Positions 15,506-25,420 of a stretch of DNA of 40,594 nucleotides are shown piece by piece. The DNA is from Minisyncoccia bacterium. Its GTDB lineage: Bacteria; Patescibacteriota; Minisyncoccia; UBA6257; HR35. The position numbers and the translations under genes were made by a program. The stretch's first letter is position 1. Every line of letters begins with the position of its first letter. A model generated the notes under the pieces. It was not told the origin of the DNA. It did not search any database and saw only the letters and a program-made list of their open reading frames with translations. The DNA lies in contig JBMFMO010000001.1 of assembly GCA_049970635.1 (NCBI GenBank), forward strand, positions 1 to 40,594, written 5' to 3'.

Positions 15506-16704
15506 TTTTTAAAAAAATTATAAATTTGTGATTGTAACAATCTTTTAATATCTTCTTTCCTATAAATCCAATCTTCAATATCCTTTTTTAATGCATCTTC
15601 TAAATATTTCTTATTAAACTCTAAAAACATATCACTATTTAAAATACTTTGGAAAACAATTTTTCCTTCTTTATCTAATTTATCATAGAAAGATTTTTTT
15701 GCTGGAATAAGATTTACTGATTTTACAAATTTTTCATATTTTTTATCTAATGATTCTATAAACATCCAAGCAAATTTTGTTTTACCTTGTTTTGGAACAG
15801 CAAAGAAATATCCATAGAAATAATTTAAACTTCTTGGATTATCTTTAAATTTTGGTAATAATGCTATATCAAAATTCAATCTATTATTTTTCTTTAAAAT
15901 ATCATTCTTTTTAGAATAAAAATCTATAATCATTGCAACATTTCCATTAGAAAATTCTTCTAATTGATCATCCATGTTTGGGTTCCAAGAATAATATTCT
16001 GAATCTTTATTAGCAAATTGAGTATAGAAATCTAATGTTTTATAAAATGAAGGTGGTAACTGATAGTCTCTGTTTAATAATTTATGAAAGACTAAAAATA
16101 TCTTTGAGAAAGGTTTTATATTATTTGCTGTTCCTAATGCTATTGGGCTTGTTTTTATCTTATCAAATTCTAATATCCTAACTTGTTTAATTAAATTTTG
16201 CATATCTTCAAATGTTTTTGGTGGTTCTATATAACCAGCAGAATATAATAGATCTTTGTTCCAAAATAAAACTAATGGATCATATGTTACTGGATAAGCT
16301 AAGATTTTATTATTAAAAATCTTTGAAATAATATCTGGATAATCATCTAAATTAATATTTTTCCCTTTATATTGAGAAAAGATTTTAATATTATCAATTA
16401 AGAATTCTGAATCTACATAAACAACATCAGGAATATTTCCTGCACTAATTTCAGAGAAAAGAGAATTTCTAATCTCATCAATACTTTTTTCTACAACTTT
16501 TATCTTTAAGCAATATTTTTTAAGCTCATTAGAAACCTCAGGATATTTATAATTTTTAAAAGGAGACCAAACTATTATTGTTTGATTGTAGCATGGTAAT
16601 TCTTGTTTTTTCTTTTGAGATGAAACTGATATTGAAATAGCAATAATTAAAATAAATAGAAAGAAAGCTGCTCCTCCGATTATAAATAATTTTTTGTCTT
16701 TCAT
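15502..16704 (-). CDS. Membrane-anchored extracellular solute-binding protein (ABC SBP family 1-like); no permease or ATPase nearby
   Basis: 400 aa. N-terminal anchor helix. MalE-like features: IIVWSP..., AYPVTYDPLVLFWNKDLL, PKTFEDM. Confidence 0.65.
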   Translation of the reverse strand: MKDKKLFIIGGAAFFLFILIIAISISVSSQKKKQELPCYNQTIIVWSPFKNYKYPEVSNELKKYCLKIKVVEKSIDEIRNSLFSEISAGNIPDVVYVDSEFLIDNIKIFSQYKGKNINLDDYPDIISKIFNNKILAYPVTYDPLVLFWNKDLLYSAGYIEPPKTFEDMQNLIKQVRILEFDKIKTSPIALGTANNIKPFSKIFLVFHKLLNRDYQLPPSFYKTLDFYTQFANKDSEYYSWNPNMDDQLEEFSNGNVAMIIDFYSKKNDILKKNNRLNFDIALLPKFKDNPRSLNYFYGYFFAVPKQGKTKFAWMFIESLDKKYEKFVKSVNLIPAKKSFYDKLDKEGKIVFQSILNSDMFLEFNKKYLEDALKKDIEDWIYRKEDIKRLLQSQIYNFFKK

Positions 16705-17219
16705 TTTTTAATAACTGCTAAATAATAATTATCATTAAATTTTTTTTGAAACTCCATCTCCTTCCCTTTAACTTCAAAATAAGTTTTTAAAATATCAAAA
16801 CTTATTGGATTTCCAAAGATAAAAGGAATTTTTTTGTTTGGTTCTAAGATAATCAAATATCCACCATCTTTTAAAATTCTTAATCCTTCTTCTAAAATTT
16901 TTTCATATTCTTCATTCTGGAAAAGTAATTGGCTTATAAAAACTACATCAAAACTATTTTCATCATATGGTAATTTTTTAACATTCGATTTTAAATATAC
17001 AACATTTTTATATCCAAATAAATCTATTAATTCTTTTGTCTCATTTATAGCATCTTCTAAAATATCTATAGCATAAATTTTCCCTTCTGCTCCAACTTTT
17101 TCAGCTAATAAAACTGTAAAATATCCACCACCGCAACCAAATTCAGCAATCTTATCACCTTTTTTTATAAAGAAATTTTGAGTTAAAATATCTATTACTT
17201 CTTTTGGTTTTATTACCAT
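16701..17219 (-). CDS. Class I SAM-dependent methyltransferase
   Basis: 172 aa. Motif I is IAEFGCGGGYF. An acidic residue follows after beta2 (YAIDI), and motif IV-like is DVVFIS. Confidence 0.8.
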   Translation of the reverse strand: MVIKPKEVIDILTQNFFIKKGDKIAEFGCGGGYFTVLLAEKVGAEGKIYAIDILEDAINETKELIDLFGYKNVVYLKSNVKKLPYDENSFDVVFISQLLFQNEEYEKILEEGLRILKDGGYLIILEPNKKIPFIFGNPISFDILKTYFEVKGKEMEFQKKFNDNYYLAVIKK

Positions 17220-17226
17220 TATAAAA

Positions 17227-17811
17227 TTATAAGATAAGATTTAATAAAAGATCAACAATTTTAATTATTAAAGGAAATGCAAAAAAGATAAAGATGAAGA
17301 TAAAGATTATCCCAAATTGTTCTAAATAGATCTGTTTTTCTAATGGTAAAAAGCTTAAAAATACCCTTGAGCCATCTAATGGTGGTATTGGTAAAAGGTT
17401 AAATATTGCTAAAATTAAGTTTATTCTTATTATTGTGAAAAATATATCTTGGTTTAATGGAATATTTAAAAATAATAATAATTTAAAAAATAATGCAAGG
17501 ATTAAAGCTAAAACAATATTTGTTAATGGACCAGCAATTCCAACTAATGCCATATCCCTTTTAGGATTTTTAAAATTAAATGGATTTATTGGAACTGGTT
17601 TTGCCCAGCCAAAGATAAAACCACCTGTTAAAAAAGTAAAAATAGGTAACATTATTGAACCTATTGGATCTAAATGCATAATTGGATTTAATGTTAATCT
17701 TCCTGAATATCTTGGAGTATAATCACCTAAAAAATCTGCCACATAACCATGCGCCAATTCATGGAAAATTATTGAATATAAAACTGCAATTATTATAACT
17801 AAACCTTCCAT
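17227..17811 (-). CDS. Site-2 protease family (peptidase M50) membrane metalloprotease
   Basis: 194 aa. HELAHG zinc motif in the first helix, a polytopic profile, and a distal LPIPPLDG motif. Confidence 0.8.
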   Translation of the reverse strand: MEGLVIIIAVLYSIIFHELAHGYVADFLGDYTPRYSGRLTLNPIMHLDPIGSIMLPIFTFLTGGFIFGWAKPVPINPFNFKNPKRDMALVGIAGPLTNIVLALILALFFKLLLFLNIPLNQDIFFTIIRINLILAIFNLLPIPPLDGSRVFLSFLPLEKQIYLEQFGIIFIFIFIFFAFPLIIKIVDLLLNLIL

Positions 17812-18656
17812 TATAAAATCTCTTTTATCTTATCTTTGTATCTATTAAATAAACTTAATTTTAGTTTTCCAATGTATTCTTCTCCTATTGAATATTTTGC
17901 CCTAAAAGAGATTGTTAATTCATAAAAATCTTGTGAAATATTAATATTATCTTCAACCCCACATCTTACAATTTGTTGATTTTCTTCTTTAAACTTTTCT
18001 AAAAAATTATTAAGATCTTTAAGGAATTCATCAAAATCAACATTCTTATCAAGCTTTATTTTGAAAGAAAATTTTTTTGTTTCTCTGCTTAAATTAATTA
18101 TTGATAATATTTGGCTGTTTGGGAAAAATATTAAATTTCCTTCTTTATCTTTTAAAACAATATATCTTAAATTAATTTTTATAACCTTTCCTGTAAATTG
18201 TGGAGTATTGTTTATCATTATCAATTCTCCTTTTCTTATTTGATCTTCAAATAATAAAAGCCATCCTTTTATAATATCTTGAATTGTACTTTGAAAAATA
18301 ACAACAAAAGCTGCACCTATAAATCCTAAACCAGTAATAAATGGAATTAATTTTATTTCAAATTCTCTTAATACCAAAAAGAAAAATATTAAAAAAATTA
18401 TTACCTTTAAAATAGAATCCAAAACAGAAGAAAGCGTTGATATCCTTTCTGCCTGTACCTCTTCTCCTTTAATATTTTTTATCTTAACTCCAATCTTTAC
18501 AGATTTATAAATTATCTTTCTGAATAAAATATAGATTATAAGAAGAATAATAAAATAAATCCCTATATTTAAAAATTTTTCCCTGCTTTCTTCCAAAAAT
18601 ATCCTAAAAAATTTAAGATATAAATTTAAGCTTTTTTCCATTTTAAAATTATACAA
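17811..18656 (-). CDS. Small-conductance mechanosensitive channel (MscS family)
   Basis: 281 aa. N-terminal TM helices, then the MscS beta domain (IIKGWLLLFEDQIRKGELI...GKVIKINLRYIVLKDKEGNLIFFPNSQI). Confidence 0.8.
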   Translation of the reverse strand: MYNFKMEKSLNLYLKFFRIFLEESREKFLNIGIYFIILLIIYILFRKIIYKSVKIGVKIKNIKGEEVQAERISTLSSVLDSILKVIIFLIFFFLVLREFEIKLIPFITGLGFIGAAFVVIFQSTIQDIIKGWLLLFEDQIRKGELIMINNTPQFTGKVIKINLRYIVLKDKEGNLIFFPNSQILSIINLSRETKKFSFKIKLDKNVDFDEFLKDLNNFLEKFKEENQQIVRCGVEDNINISQDFYELTISFRAKYSIGEEYIGKLKLSLFNRYKDKIKEIL

Positions 18657-19260
18657 AAATCTTATTTTGCTTACTAATTTTAATTGCCTTATTTAAAATT
18701 TTAATTGTTTCATCATATGTTTTTCTATCAACAAAATATGGTGTTCCATCTTTACCACCATGAGTAAATGTATATCTTGCAGGATCTATCTTTGATGTAT
18801 CCTTATTATAAATTAATTCTCCTACTAAAGAAATCGCCCTTATTGTTTTTGGACCAACTCCTTCTATTAAAAGTAAATCTTCTATTGTTTTTGGTTCTAA
18901 AAATGATGCTTTATAGATTGTTTTTTTCAATCTTTTTATATCAAATTTTTCTTCCAAGACAGGATGATACTTAAATTCTATATCTGGTAAAAATAGATTT
19001 TTTATCTTTTTATCATCTTGTTTCTTGTTTACTATATTTAGATCTTTTATAAGTTCATATGGTTGATTTACCATTTCAACAATAAGATTTTTATTCTCTA
19101 AACTATCTTTATGTGTAAGATTTAAAACTCTTTTAAATTTAATCTCTGAAACTATTCCTGAATGTGGTTCTAATGTCATATCTTTTACATTTTTTGAAAA
19201 CCAATGGTATCTTCTTGCCAATCCATAACTTGTATTCATTCCTTGCTGTATTACTCCCAT
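18649..19260 (-). CDS. DUF763 family protein, C-terminal part (contains a helix-hairpin-helix)
   Basis: 203 aa, starting GVIQQGMN..ARRYHW. HhH-like LIEGVGPKTIRAISLVGELI. It continues the upstream ORF in another frame. Confidence 0.6.
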   Translation of the reverse strand: MGVIQQGMNTSYGLARRYHWFSKNVKDMTLEPHSGIVSEIKFKRVLNLTHKDSLENKNLIVEMVNQPYELIKDLNIVNKKQDDKKIKNLFLPDIEFKYHPVLEEKFDIKRLKKTIYKASFLEPKTIEDLLLIEGVGPKTIRAISLVGELIYNKDTSKIDPARYTFTHGGKDGTPYFVDRKTYDETIKILNKAIKISKQNKIFV

Positions 19261-19715
19261 ATTTTATCTTTATAAAATATAAAAGCATGGTGGTAAATAT
19301 TAAATCCATCTTGAATTAATGAATTATCTACTTTTGCTACTAATCTTGAAATTTTTATATAGTTTTTTGGATCAAAACCAATTTTTTCTCCAAATATAAC
19401 TAATTCTTCTGGGGTTTTTCTTGATGTTTTTCCCTTTCCTCCACAGATATAAATTCCTAAATTTTTTTCTTTTAATGCTTGCTTTAATGCTGCTGTTGTT
19501 ACAACTGTCAAGCCGCTACTGTTCCAATCAAATGCTAATGCACAACCAAAGGCTTGAAACCAGTAAGGATCCGATAATTTTTTAATAAACTCTTCTGCAC
19601 CAAATTCTTCTATTATTATTTCAGCCATAATACCAGAAAGTTTTTTCATTCTTTCAAAGAGCCATTTAGGACATCTTCCTTCATCTAAAGTAAAAGTTGC
19701 TATTCCTGTTCTCAT
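19251..19715 (-). CDS. DUF763 family protein, N-terminal part
   Basis: 154 aa. RTGIATFTLDEGRCPKWLFERMKKL...YWFQAFGCALAFDWNSSGLT is the conserved DUF763 N-terminus as I recall it. It ends 10 nt inside the next ORF. Confidence 0.6.
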   Translation of the reverse strand: MRTGIATFTLDEGRCPKWLFERMKKLSGIMAEIIIEEFGAEEFIKKLSDPYWFQAFGCALAFDWNSSGLTVVTTAALKQALKEKNLGIYICGGKGKTSRKTPEELVIFGEKIGFDPKNYIKISRLVAKVDNSLIQDGFNIYHHAFIFYKDKIWE

Positions 19716-20515
19716 TATAAATAACCTATTTCTTTTAATATATCCTTATTCTCCCATTCCCATAATTTTTTACAGCTTAAAAATGCTTCAAAATCCTCTT
19801 CATGATTTTCAAATTCTTTTAACTCCCATTCACCAATTATCTCTCCAAATTCGTGTTCGCAATTTGGATCACCACCAATTATTTCATCTCCCATCCTTCT
19901 TAACAATTTTTTTGCTCCACATTTATTACAAATCCTTACTTGAGATATTCTTAGTATGTATCTTTTCTCGATATCCTTAGGAATCAATATTTTATTTCCA
20001 CTTTTATCGATTAACCATGTTTCATCTTTTAATGCATACATATAAGCTGCTGTTTGTAATGCATAATCATTATAAACAGATTTTGATGTTTTAATATCTA
20101 TAATAGAAAATTTACCATCTAATTCAGCAACTATATCGAATGTTCCTACATATCTATGCTCTCTATGTAAAACTTTTTTTTCAAGCCATTCTTTTTGAGA
20201 ATAAAAATAATAACTTTTTAAAAATTCATCAAATGATTTTTTTATCCCAATATATTCATCTGGAATTGTAACTTCTCTTCCTGAAATAATTGATTCTAAA
20301 ATTTCATGAATATATCTCCCTTCATCTCCTGCTTTTGATAATTTGCTTTGGGCTACTGAATAACTTTCTTGATTAGCATAAAATTTATAAAGCCCAGGTT
20401 TGTTTTTTATCTTACAAATAGCAGTAACACGAGGATACCAAGCTCCATTTAAATAATATCCATTTTCTCTTAAAAATTTTTCTATCTTAAAATGATTTAT
20501 TTTTTCCCCATTCAT
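19715..20515 (-). CDS. PD-(D/E)XK superfamily nuclease with an inserted Cys-rich zinc-ribbon-like segment
   Basis: 266 aa. GTFDIVAELDGKFSIIDIKTSK gives D...D-x-K, followed by QTAAY. CNKCGAKK...CEHEF lies near the C-terminus. Confidence 0.6.
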   Translation of the reverse strand: MNGEKINHFKIEKFLRENGYYLNGAWYPRVTAICKIKNKPGLYKFYANQESYSVAQSKLSKAGDEGRYIHEILESIISGREVTIPDEYIGIKKSFDEFLKSYYFYSQKEWLEKKVLHREHRYVGTFDIVAELDGKFSIIDIKTSKSVYNDYALQTAAYMYALKDETWLIDKSGNKILIPKDIEKRYILRISQVRICNKCGAKKLLRRMGDEIIGGDPNCEHEFGEIIGEWELKEFENHEEDFEAFLSCKKLWEWENKDILKEIGYL

Positions 20516-20521
20516 AATAAT

Positions 20522-20529
20522 ATTATAAT
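20522..20529. promoter_or_regulatory. Overlapping divergent TATAAT boxes in a 20-bp intergenic region
   Basis: The intergenic sequence is AATAATATTATAATATTTTT. Plus-strand TATAAT at 20524-20529 lies 6 nt before the def ATG. Minus-strand TATAAT at 20527-20522 lies 6 nt before the nuclease ATG. Confidence 0.5.
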
Positions 20530-20535
20530 ATTTTT

Positions 20536-21015
20536 ATGTATAAAATTATAGAATATCCAAATAAAATTTTAAGAAAAAAAGTTAAAAAGGTTGAAAAATT
20601 TGATAAAAATTTGAGAAATATTGTTAATGAGATGAAGAAGATTTTAATAAGAGAAAATGCTATTGGGTTATCTGCTAATCAAATAGGGTTAGATGTAGCC
20701 ATTTTTATAGCAAGACCAAAGGAAAAATTTTATGTTTTTATCAATCCAGAAGTTAAATTATTAAAAAAACCAGAATTAAAAGAAGAAAGTTGCTTGAGTG
20801 CTATAACAAAGATAGGATTAGTGCCAAGATATCCTGAAGTAAAAATAGTTTATCAAGATTTAACTGGTAGGAAGAAAAGAATGAAAGCTAAAGGATTACT
20901 AGCTCATATAATTCAGCATGAGTATGATCATTTAAATGGAATTTTGTTTTTAGATAAGGCTAAGAAGATTTATGAATTAAAAGAGGGAGAAGAATTTGAA
21001 TTAAAGGGAATATAA
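20536..21015 (+). CDS. def: Peptide deformylase
   Basis: 159 aa. GLSANQIG, EESCLS and HEYDHLNG motifs. Confidence 0.9.
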   Translation: MYKIIEYPNKILRKKVKKVEKFDKNLRNIVNEMKKILIRENAIGLSANQIGLDVAIFIARPKEKFYVFINPEVKLLKKPELKEESCLSAITKIGLVPRYPEVKIVYQDLTGRKKRMKAKGLLAHIIQHEYDHLNGILFLDKAKKIYELKEGEEFELKGI

Positions 21016-21971
21016 TGGTAAAAGAATTAAATTTTTGTTTTTTTGGATCTAGCGATTTTTCTGTTTATGTCTTAAAAAATATATTAAAAAAATATAAACC
21101 AGAAGTTGTTTTTACATTGCCAGCAAAAAGAAAAGGAAGAGGTATGAGGATTGAACCAAATGTAGTTTTTTCTTTTGCACTTAAAGAAAAATTACCAGTA
21201 ATAGAGATTGAAAACTTCAATAATTTTAATTACAAGTTTTTATTTGGTGTTGTTACTGGTTTTGGAAAAATAATCCCCAAGGATATATTTAAAAATTTTG
21301 AAAAGGGTTTAATAGGTATCCATCCATCATTATTGCCTAAATATAGAGGGGCAAACCCTATTAGAGAGGTTATATTAAATGGGGAAAAAGAAACAGGTGT
21401 AACAATATTTTTATTAGATGAATTAGTTGATCATGGACCTATTATAAAAATGGAGAAATATCCCTTAAAGGGCAATGAAAATTATAAAGATCTTGAAAAA
21501 GAATTGGGAATTTTAGGAGGTAAAATTTTTAATGAAATATTAGAAGATTTTTTAAATAATAAGATAATTTTAAAAGAGCAAGATGAAAAACTTGCTACTT
21601 ATACAAAAAAGATAGAGAAAGAAGATGGATTATTAAAAATTAATGAAGAATTTATCTTATGGGAGAGAAAGATTAGAGCCTTGAATCCATGGCCAGGAAC
21701 TTTTATATATTTAAAATTTTTAAAAAATAATGAGATAAAATTGTTGAAAATTTTTGAAATAGAGAGGATAGATGAAAAAGAAATTTTAAGCTTAAAAATT
21801 GATCCTAAAAAGATAAAGGTTGGCGAATTTTTTTCATTTAAAAATTATTTAGCTTTAAAAATAAAAGATTCTTTTGTTTTAATAAAAGAATTACAAATTG
21901 AAGATAAGAAAAGGATGAATTCAAGAGAATTTTTAAATGGATACAGATTAGGAAGTTTTGTTTTAGCTTAA
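21015..21971 (+). CDS. fmt: Methionyl-tRNA formyltransferase
   Basis: 318 aa. HPSLLPKYRGANPI motif plus a C-terminal domain. 1-nt overlap with def. Confidence 0.85.
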   Translation: MVKELNFCFFGSSDFSVYVLKNILKKYKPEVVFTLPAKRKGRGMRIEPNVVFSFALKEKLPVIEIENFNNFNYKFLFGVVTGFGKIIPKDIFKNFEKGLIGIHPSLLPKYRGANPIREVILNGEKETGVTIFLLDELVDHGPIIKMEKYPLKGNENYKDLEKELGILGGKIFNEILEDFLNNKIILKEQDEKLATYTKKIEKEDGLLKINEEFILWERKIRALNPWPGTFIYLKFLKNNEIKLLKIFEIERIDEKEILSLKIDPKKIKVGEFFSFKNYLALKIKDSFVLIKELQIEDKKRMNSREFLNGYRLGSFVLA

Positions 21972-23248
21972 ATCTTATATTCTCTTGCGCTTAATTCAGC
22001 TTCTATCTGTTTCATTGTTTCAATTGCAACTGCCACTAAAATCAATATTGATGTACCTCCTATCCCAACAAATTTTAATCCTGTCAATGATTGTGTTATA
22101 TATGGCAATATTGCTACAAATCCTAAAAATACTCCTCCTAAAAAATTAATTCTATTTACAATATTTTTTAGATATTCTGCAGTTTCTTTTCCTGGCCTAA
22201 CACCTGGAATAAATGCACCTGCCCTTTGTAAATTTAGGGCAAGTTCATTTGGTTCAAATGTTATTGATGTATAAAAATATGTAAATGCAAAGACTAAAAT
22301 AAAGTATAGAAAAGAGAAAATAAATTGGTTTTGGAAAAATTTATTAACATCAAGAGCAAGATCTTTAAAAAAGCCTATCCCTGCTGCTGATAGAAATTGC
22401 AAAAATGTTTGTGGGAAGAGTAAAACTGATATGGCAAATATTATAGGAATTACCCCTGCTTGGTTAATTCTTATTGGTAAATATGTAGAAACCCCTCCAT
22501 AAAGCCTTGTTCCTCTAACTCTTTTTGAATAATTTAAACCTACTCTTCTTTCTGCTTCATTTACATAAACAATTGCCCCTATTATAATTAATGCTGTTAC
22601 AAACAAAAGTATATAATTGTTTATTTTATCGATAGAAAAAGTAAGAATACCTTGTTGAACCAATTTTGGAAACCTTGCAACAATTCCTGAAAATATTAAT
22701 AATGAGATTCCATTTGCTAATCTTTGTTCTGTTATTAATTCTCCAATCCACATTAAAAACATTGCACCAGCTGTTACTAATATAATATCTCTTAATAATG
22801 CAAATTGAGAGCTAAAAAATATTACGCCTTGAGATTCTAAAAATCTTAAAAATCCAAAAGATTGTAACATACAAAGTGGCACTGTTAAAATTCTACTATA
22901 TTGATTAAACTTTGCTCTACCAGCTTCACCTTCTTCATAATACATTTCTTTTATCTTTGGATAAACCAATGTCAAAAGCTGCATAATAATTGTAGCTGTA
23001 ATATATGGTCCTAATCCTAATAAAGCTATGGAAAAGTTTTCAAATGTATTTCCTGTGAATATATTTAACAATCCAAAAAATTGGTTTGATTGCAACAAAG
23101 CTTTTAATCTTTCTAAATCAACATCTGGTAAGGGTATATTTGCTGTTAATCTAAAAACAAGCAACAATCCTAATGTTATCAAGGCTCTTTTTTTAAGATC
23201 TTTTAATTTAAAAAGTAAAGCAATTTTTTTAAAAAAATCTCTAATCAT
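21968..23248 (-). CDS. secY: Preprotein translocase subunit SecY
   Basis: 426 aa with a ten-helix profile. It occupies the canonical position after rplO. Confidence 0.9.
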   Translation of the reverse strand: MIRDFFKKIALLFKLKDLKKRALITLGLLLVFRLTANIPLPDVDLERLKALLQSNQFFGLLNIFTGNTFENFSIALLGLGPYITATIIMQLLTLVYPKIKEMYYEEGEAGRAKFNQYSRILTVPLCMLQSFGFLRFLESQGVIFFSSQFALLRDIILVTAGAMFLMWIGELITEQRLANGISLLIFSGIVARFPKLVQQGILTFSIDKINNYILLFVTALIIIGAIVYVNEAERRVGLNYSKRVRGTRLYGGVSTYLPIRINQAGVIPIIFAISVLLFPQTFLQFLSAAGIGFFKDLALDVNKFFQNQFIFSFLYFILVFAFTYFYTSITFEPNELALNLQRAGAFIPGVRPGKETAEYLKNIVNRINFLGGVFLGFVAILPYITQSLTGLKFVGIGGTSILILVAVAIETMKQIEAELSAREYKI

Positions 23249-23670
23249 TCTATATTTGATCCTGAATTAATTATTTTTTCTTTTGCTTTATTTGAGAATA
23301 ATAATTTTGATGAAAATACAAATTTTTTTGTTAATATTCCATTGCCCAATATTTTAATCTTTGGGTTCTTTTCACTCTTTCTAATCTTTATCACTTTTCT
23401 TAATGAATTAATATCTATATAATCTCCTTCATTAAATTTTTCATTAATATCTTTTAAATTAATAACATATGGTTTTTCTTTTAATGGCCTAAATCCTTTT
23501 CCTCTTAATTGTGGGAATTTCAAAATTATATCTCTTAATGCTGGTCTTATTTTTCTTCCTGCTCTTGCTTTTTGGCCCTTCATTCCTCTGCCAGAATAAT
23601 TTCCTCTCTTACCACCTCTTCCTATCCTCTTTTTCTTTTTTAATTTAAATTTTAATTCATTTATTAACAT
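23245..23670 (-). CDS. rplO: 50S ribosomal protein L15
   Basis: 141 aa. RIGRGGKRGNYSGRGMKGQKAR N-terminus. Confidence 0.9.
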   Translation of the reverse strand: MLINELKFKLKKKKRIGRGGKRGNYSGRGMKGQKARAGRKIRPALRDIILKFPQLRGKGFRPLKEKPYVINLKDINEKFNEGDYIDINSLRKVIKIRKSEKNPKIKILGNGILTKKFVFSSKLLFSNKAKEKIINSGSNIE

Positions 23671-24124
23671 TTTCTTTAGTATATTTATTTAATTTTTTTA
23701 ATGCCTCTATCGCACATAGTGCATTTGTTAATGAGTTTTTTGTAACACCTAAAATTTTTGAAGATGCATCCTTTACACCAGCTAATTCTAGAACAACTTT
23801 TACTGATCCGCCTGCCCTTAATCCTAAACCACTTTTTATAGGTTTTATTAAAACCTTACTCGCTCCTTTTTTACTATATGTTTCATATGAAATTGTTCCA
23901 TTAACTATAGGAACATTTATTGAATTTTTTATTGCTGAATTTAATGCCTTAGAAACAGCTTGAGAAATATCAATGCCTTTTTCAATTCCTATTCCAACCC
24001 TTCCTTTTCTATTGCCAGCAACAACAACAGCTCTTACTTTAAATCTTTTTCCTCCTCTTGTTACCCTAGCTACTCTTTTAATCTCTAAAACTTTATATGA
24101 CCAACCAGTTTTTTTATCTATCAT
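23657..24124 (-). CDS. rpsE: 30S ribosomal protein S5
   Basis: 155 aa. VARVTRGGKRFKVRAVVVAGN, and operon position. It overlaps rplO directly, so no rpmD lies between them. Confidence 0.9.
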   Translation of the reverse strand: MIDKKTGWSYKVLEIKRVARVTRGGKRFKVRAVVVAGNRKGRVGIGIEKGIDISQAVSKALNSAIKNSINVPIVNGTISYETYSKKGASKVLIKPIKSGLGLRAGGSVKVVLELAGVKDASSKILGVTKNSLTNALCAIEALKKLNKYTKENVNK

Positions 24125-24125
24125 C

Positions 24126-24479
24126 TTAAAATTCTAAACCCTTTTCTCTTAATGCTTCTGCTAATTTTTTAACCCGACCAGTATATTTATAACCACCTCT
24201 ATCAAAAACAATTCTTTTAATTCCTAAATTTAAAATTCTTTCTCCAATAATTTCTCCAACTCTTTTTGCTTTTTCAATGCCGCTCATCTTTTCTTTTATC
24301 TCTAAAGAAGAAGCAGATGTTAATGTTCTTCCCTCTTCATCATTAATCAATTGAGCATATATATGAAGGTTTGTTTTATAAACAGATAATCTTGGCCTTT
24401 CTTTTGTGCCCTTAACTTTTTTTCTTATTCTTCTATGTCTTATCTTTCTTCTATTTTTTTTACTTAATTTTAATATCAT
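24126..24479 (-). CDS. rplR: 50S ribosomal protein L18
   Basis: 117 aa. [34 protein letters not shown]. Confidence 0.9.
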   Translation of the reverse strand: MILKLSKKNRRKIRHRRIRKKVKGTKERPRLSVYKTNLHIYAQLINDEEGRTLTSASSLEIKEKMSGIEKAKRVGEIIGERILNLGIKRIVFDRGGYKYTGRVKKLAEALREKGLEF

Positions 24480-25027
24480 TTTGTTGCTAATTTTTTAACT
24501 GGTTTTGTTTTGACTACTTCATCAATATATCTGAATCCTTTTAATTTATAAACATCTCTAGGCTTTATTTTTCTTATATCAGCAGCAAATTTTCCAACTT
24601 TTTCTTTGTCTATCCCTTTAAATTTTATATAAAATCTACCCTTTTCTTGTTTTATCTCTACATTAATACCTTCTGGAATCTTAATTTTTACTGGATGCGA
24701 AAAGCCTAATTTAAAAATCAATTCATTTTTAGATAATTCAGCTGCGTAACCCAAACCTTCAAGAATTAAAGTTTTCTCAAAGCCATCTTTTACACCAATT
24801 ATTTTATTATTTAATAATGCCCTTGTTGTTCCCCATAATTTTTTTGTTAATTTATTTAAAACCTCAGGCTCAACCTTTAAAACATTATCTTCTTTAATAA
24901 CCTTCATTTTGTATGGAATATCAAAATCTATTTCACCTAATGGTCCCTTTATAAAAATCTTTCCATCCTTAATATCAACATTCACATCCTCTGGAATAAT
25001 TATTGGTCTTTTCCCAATCTTTGACAT
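24476..25027 (-). CDS. rplF: 50S ribosomal protein L6
   Basis: I chose the MSKIGKRPI start (ATG at 25027-25025), which overlaps the rpsH stop by 1 nt. The ORF-track start at 25042 adds 5 residues. Confidence 0.85.
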   Translation of the reverse strand: MSKIGKRPIIIPEDVNVDIKDGKIFIKGPLGEIDFDIPYKMKVIKEDNVLKVEPEVLNKLTKKLWGTTRALLNNKIIGVKDGFEKTLILEGLGYAAELSKNELIFKLGFSHPVKIKIPEGINVEIKQEKGRFYIKFKGIDKEKVGKFAADIRKIKPRDVYKLKGFRYIDEVVKTKPVKKLATK

Positions 25028-25419
25028 TATATTACTTCGCAAATTACTTCTCCGCCCAATTTTCTTTTTTTAGCTTCATTATCTAACATAATCCCCCTTG
25101 ATGTTGAAATTATTCTAAAACCAAATCCTTGCCTTACTGGTTTTAAATCTTTTACCTTAAAATAAACCCTTCTTGATGGTTTTGAAACCCTAATTATATC
25201 TTCATATGGTGGTTCATCATTTAAATAATTTAAATAAACAATTAAAAATTTTTTATTTCCTTCTTCCTTAACTTTAAAATCTTTAACAATATTTTTTTCT
25301 TTAAATATCTTTAATATAGCAACCTTAACTTTTGAATATGGAACTACAAATCTTTCTTTTTTTACCTTCCAATTATTTTTTATTCTTGCAAATAAATCTC
25401 CTATTGGATCTGTAATCAT
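25027..25419 (-). CDS. rpsH: 30S ribosomal protein S8
   Basis: I chose the MITDPIGDLFARIKN start, 1 nt after the rpsN stop. The longer ORF-track start would overlap rpsN by 77 nt. Confidence 0.85.
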   Translation of the reverse strand: MITDPIGDLFARIKNNWKVKKERFVVPYSKVKVAILKIFKEKNIVKDFKVKEEGNKKFLIVYLNYLNDEPPYEDIIRVSKPSRRVYFKVKDLKPVRQGFGFRIISTSRGIMLDNEAKKRKLGGEVICEVI

Positions 25420-25420
25420 T

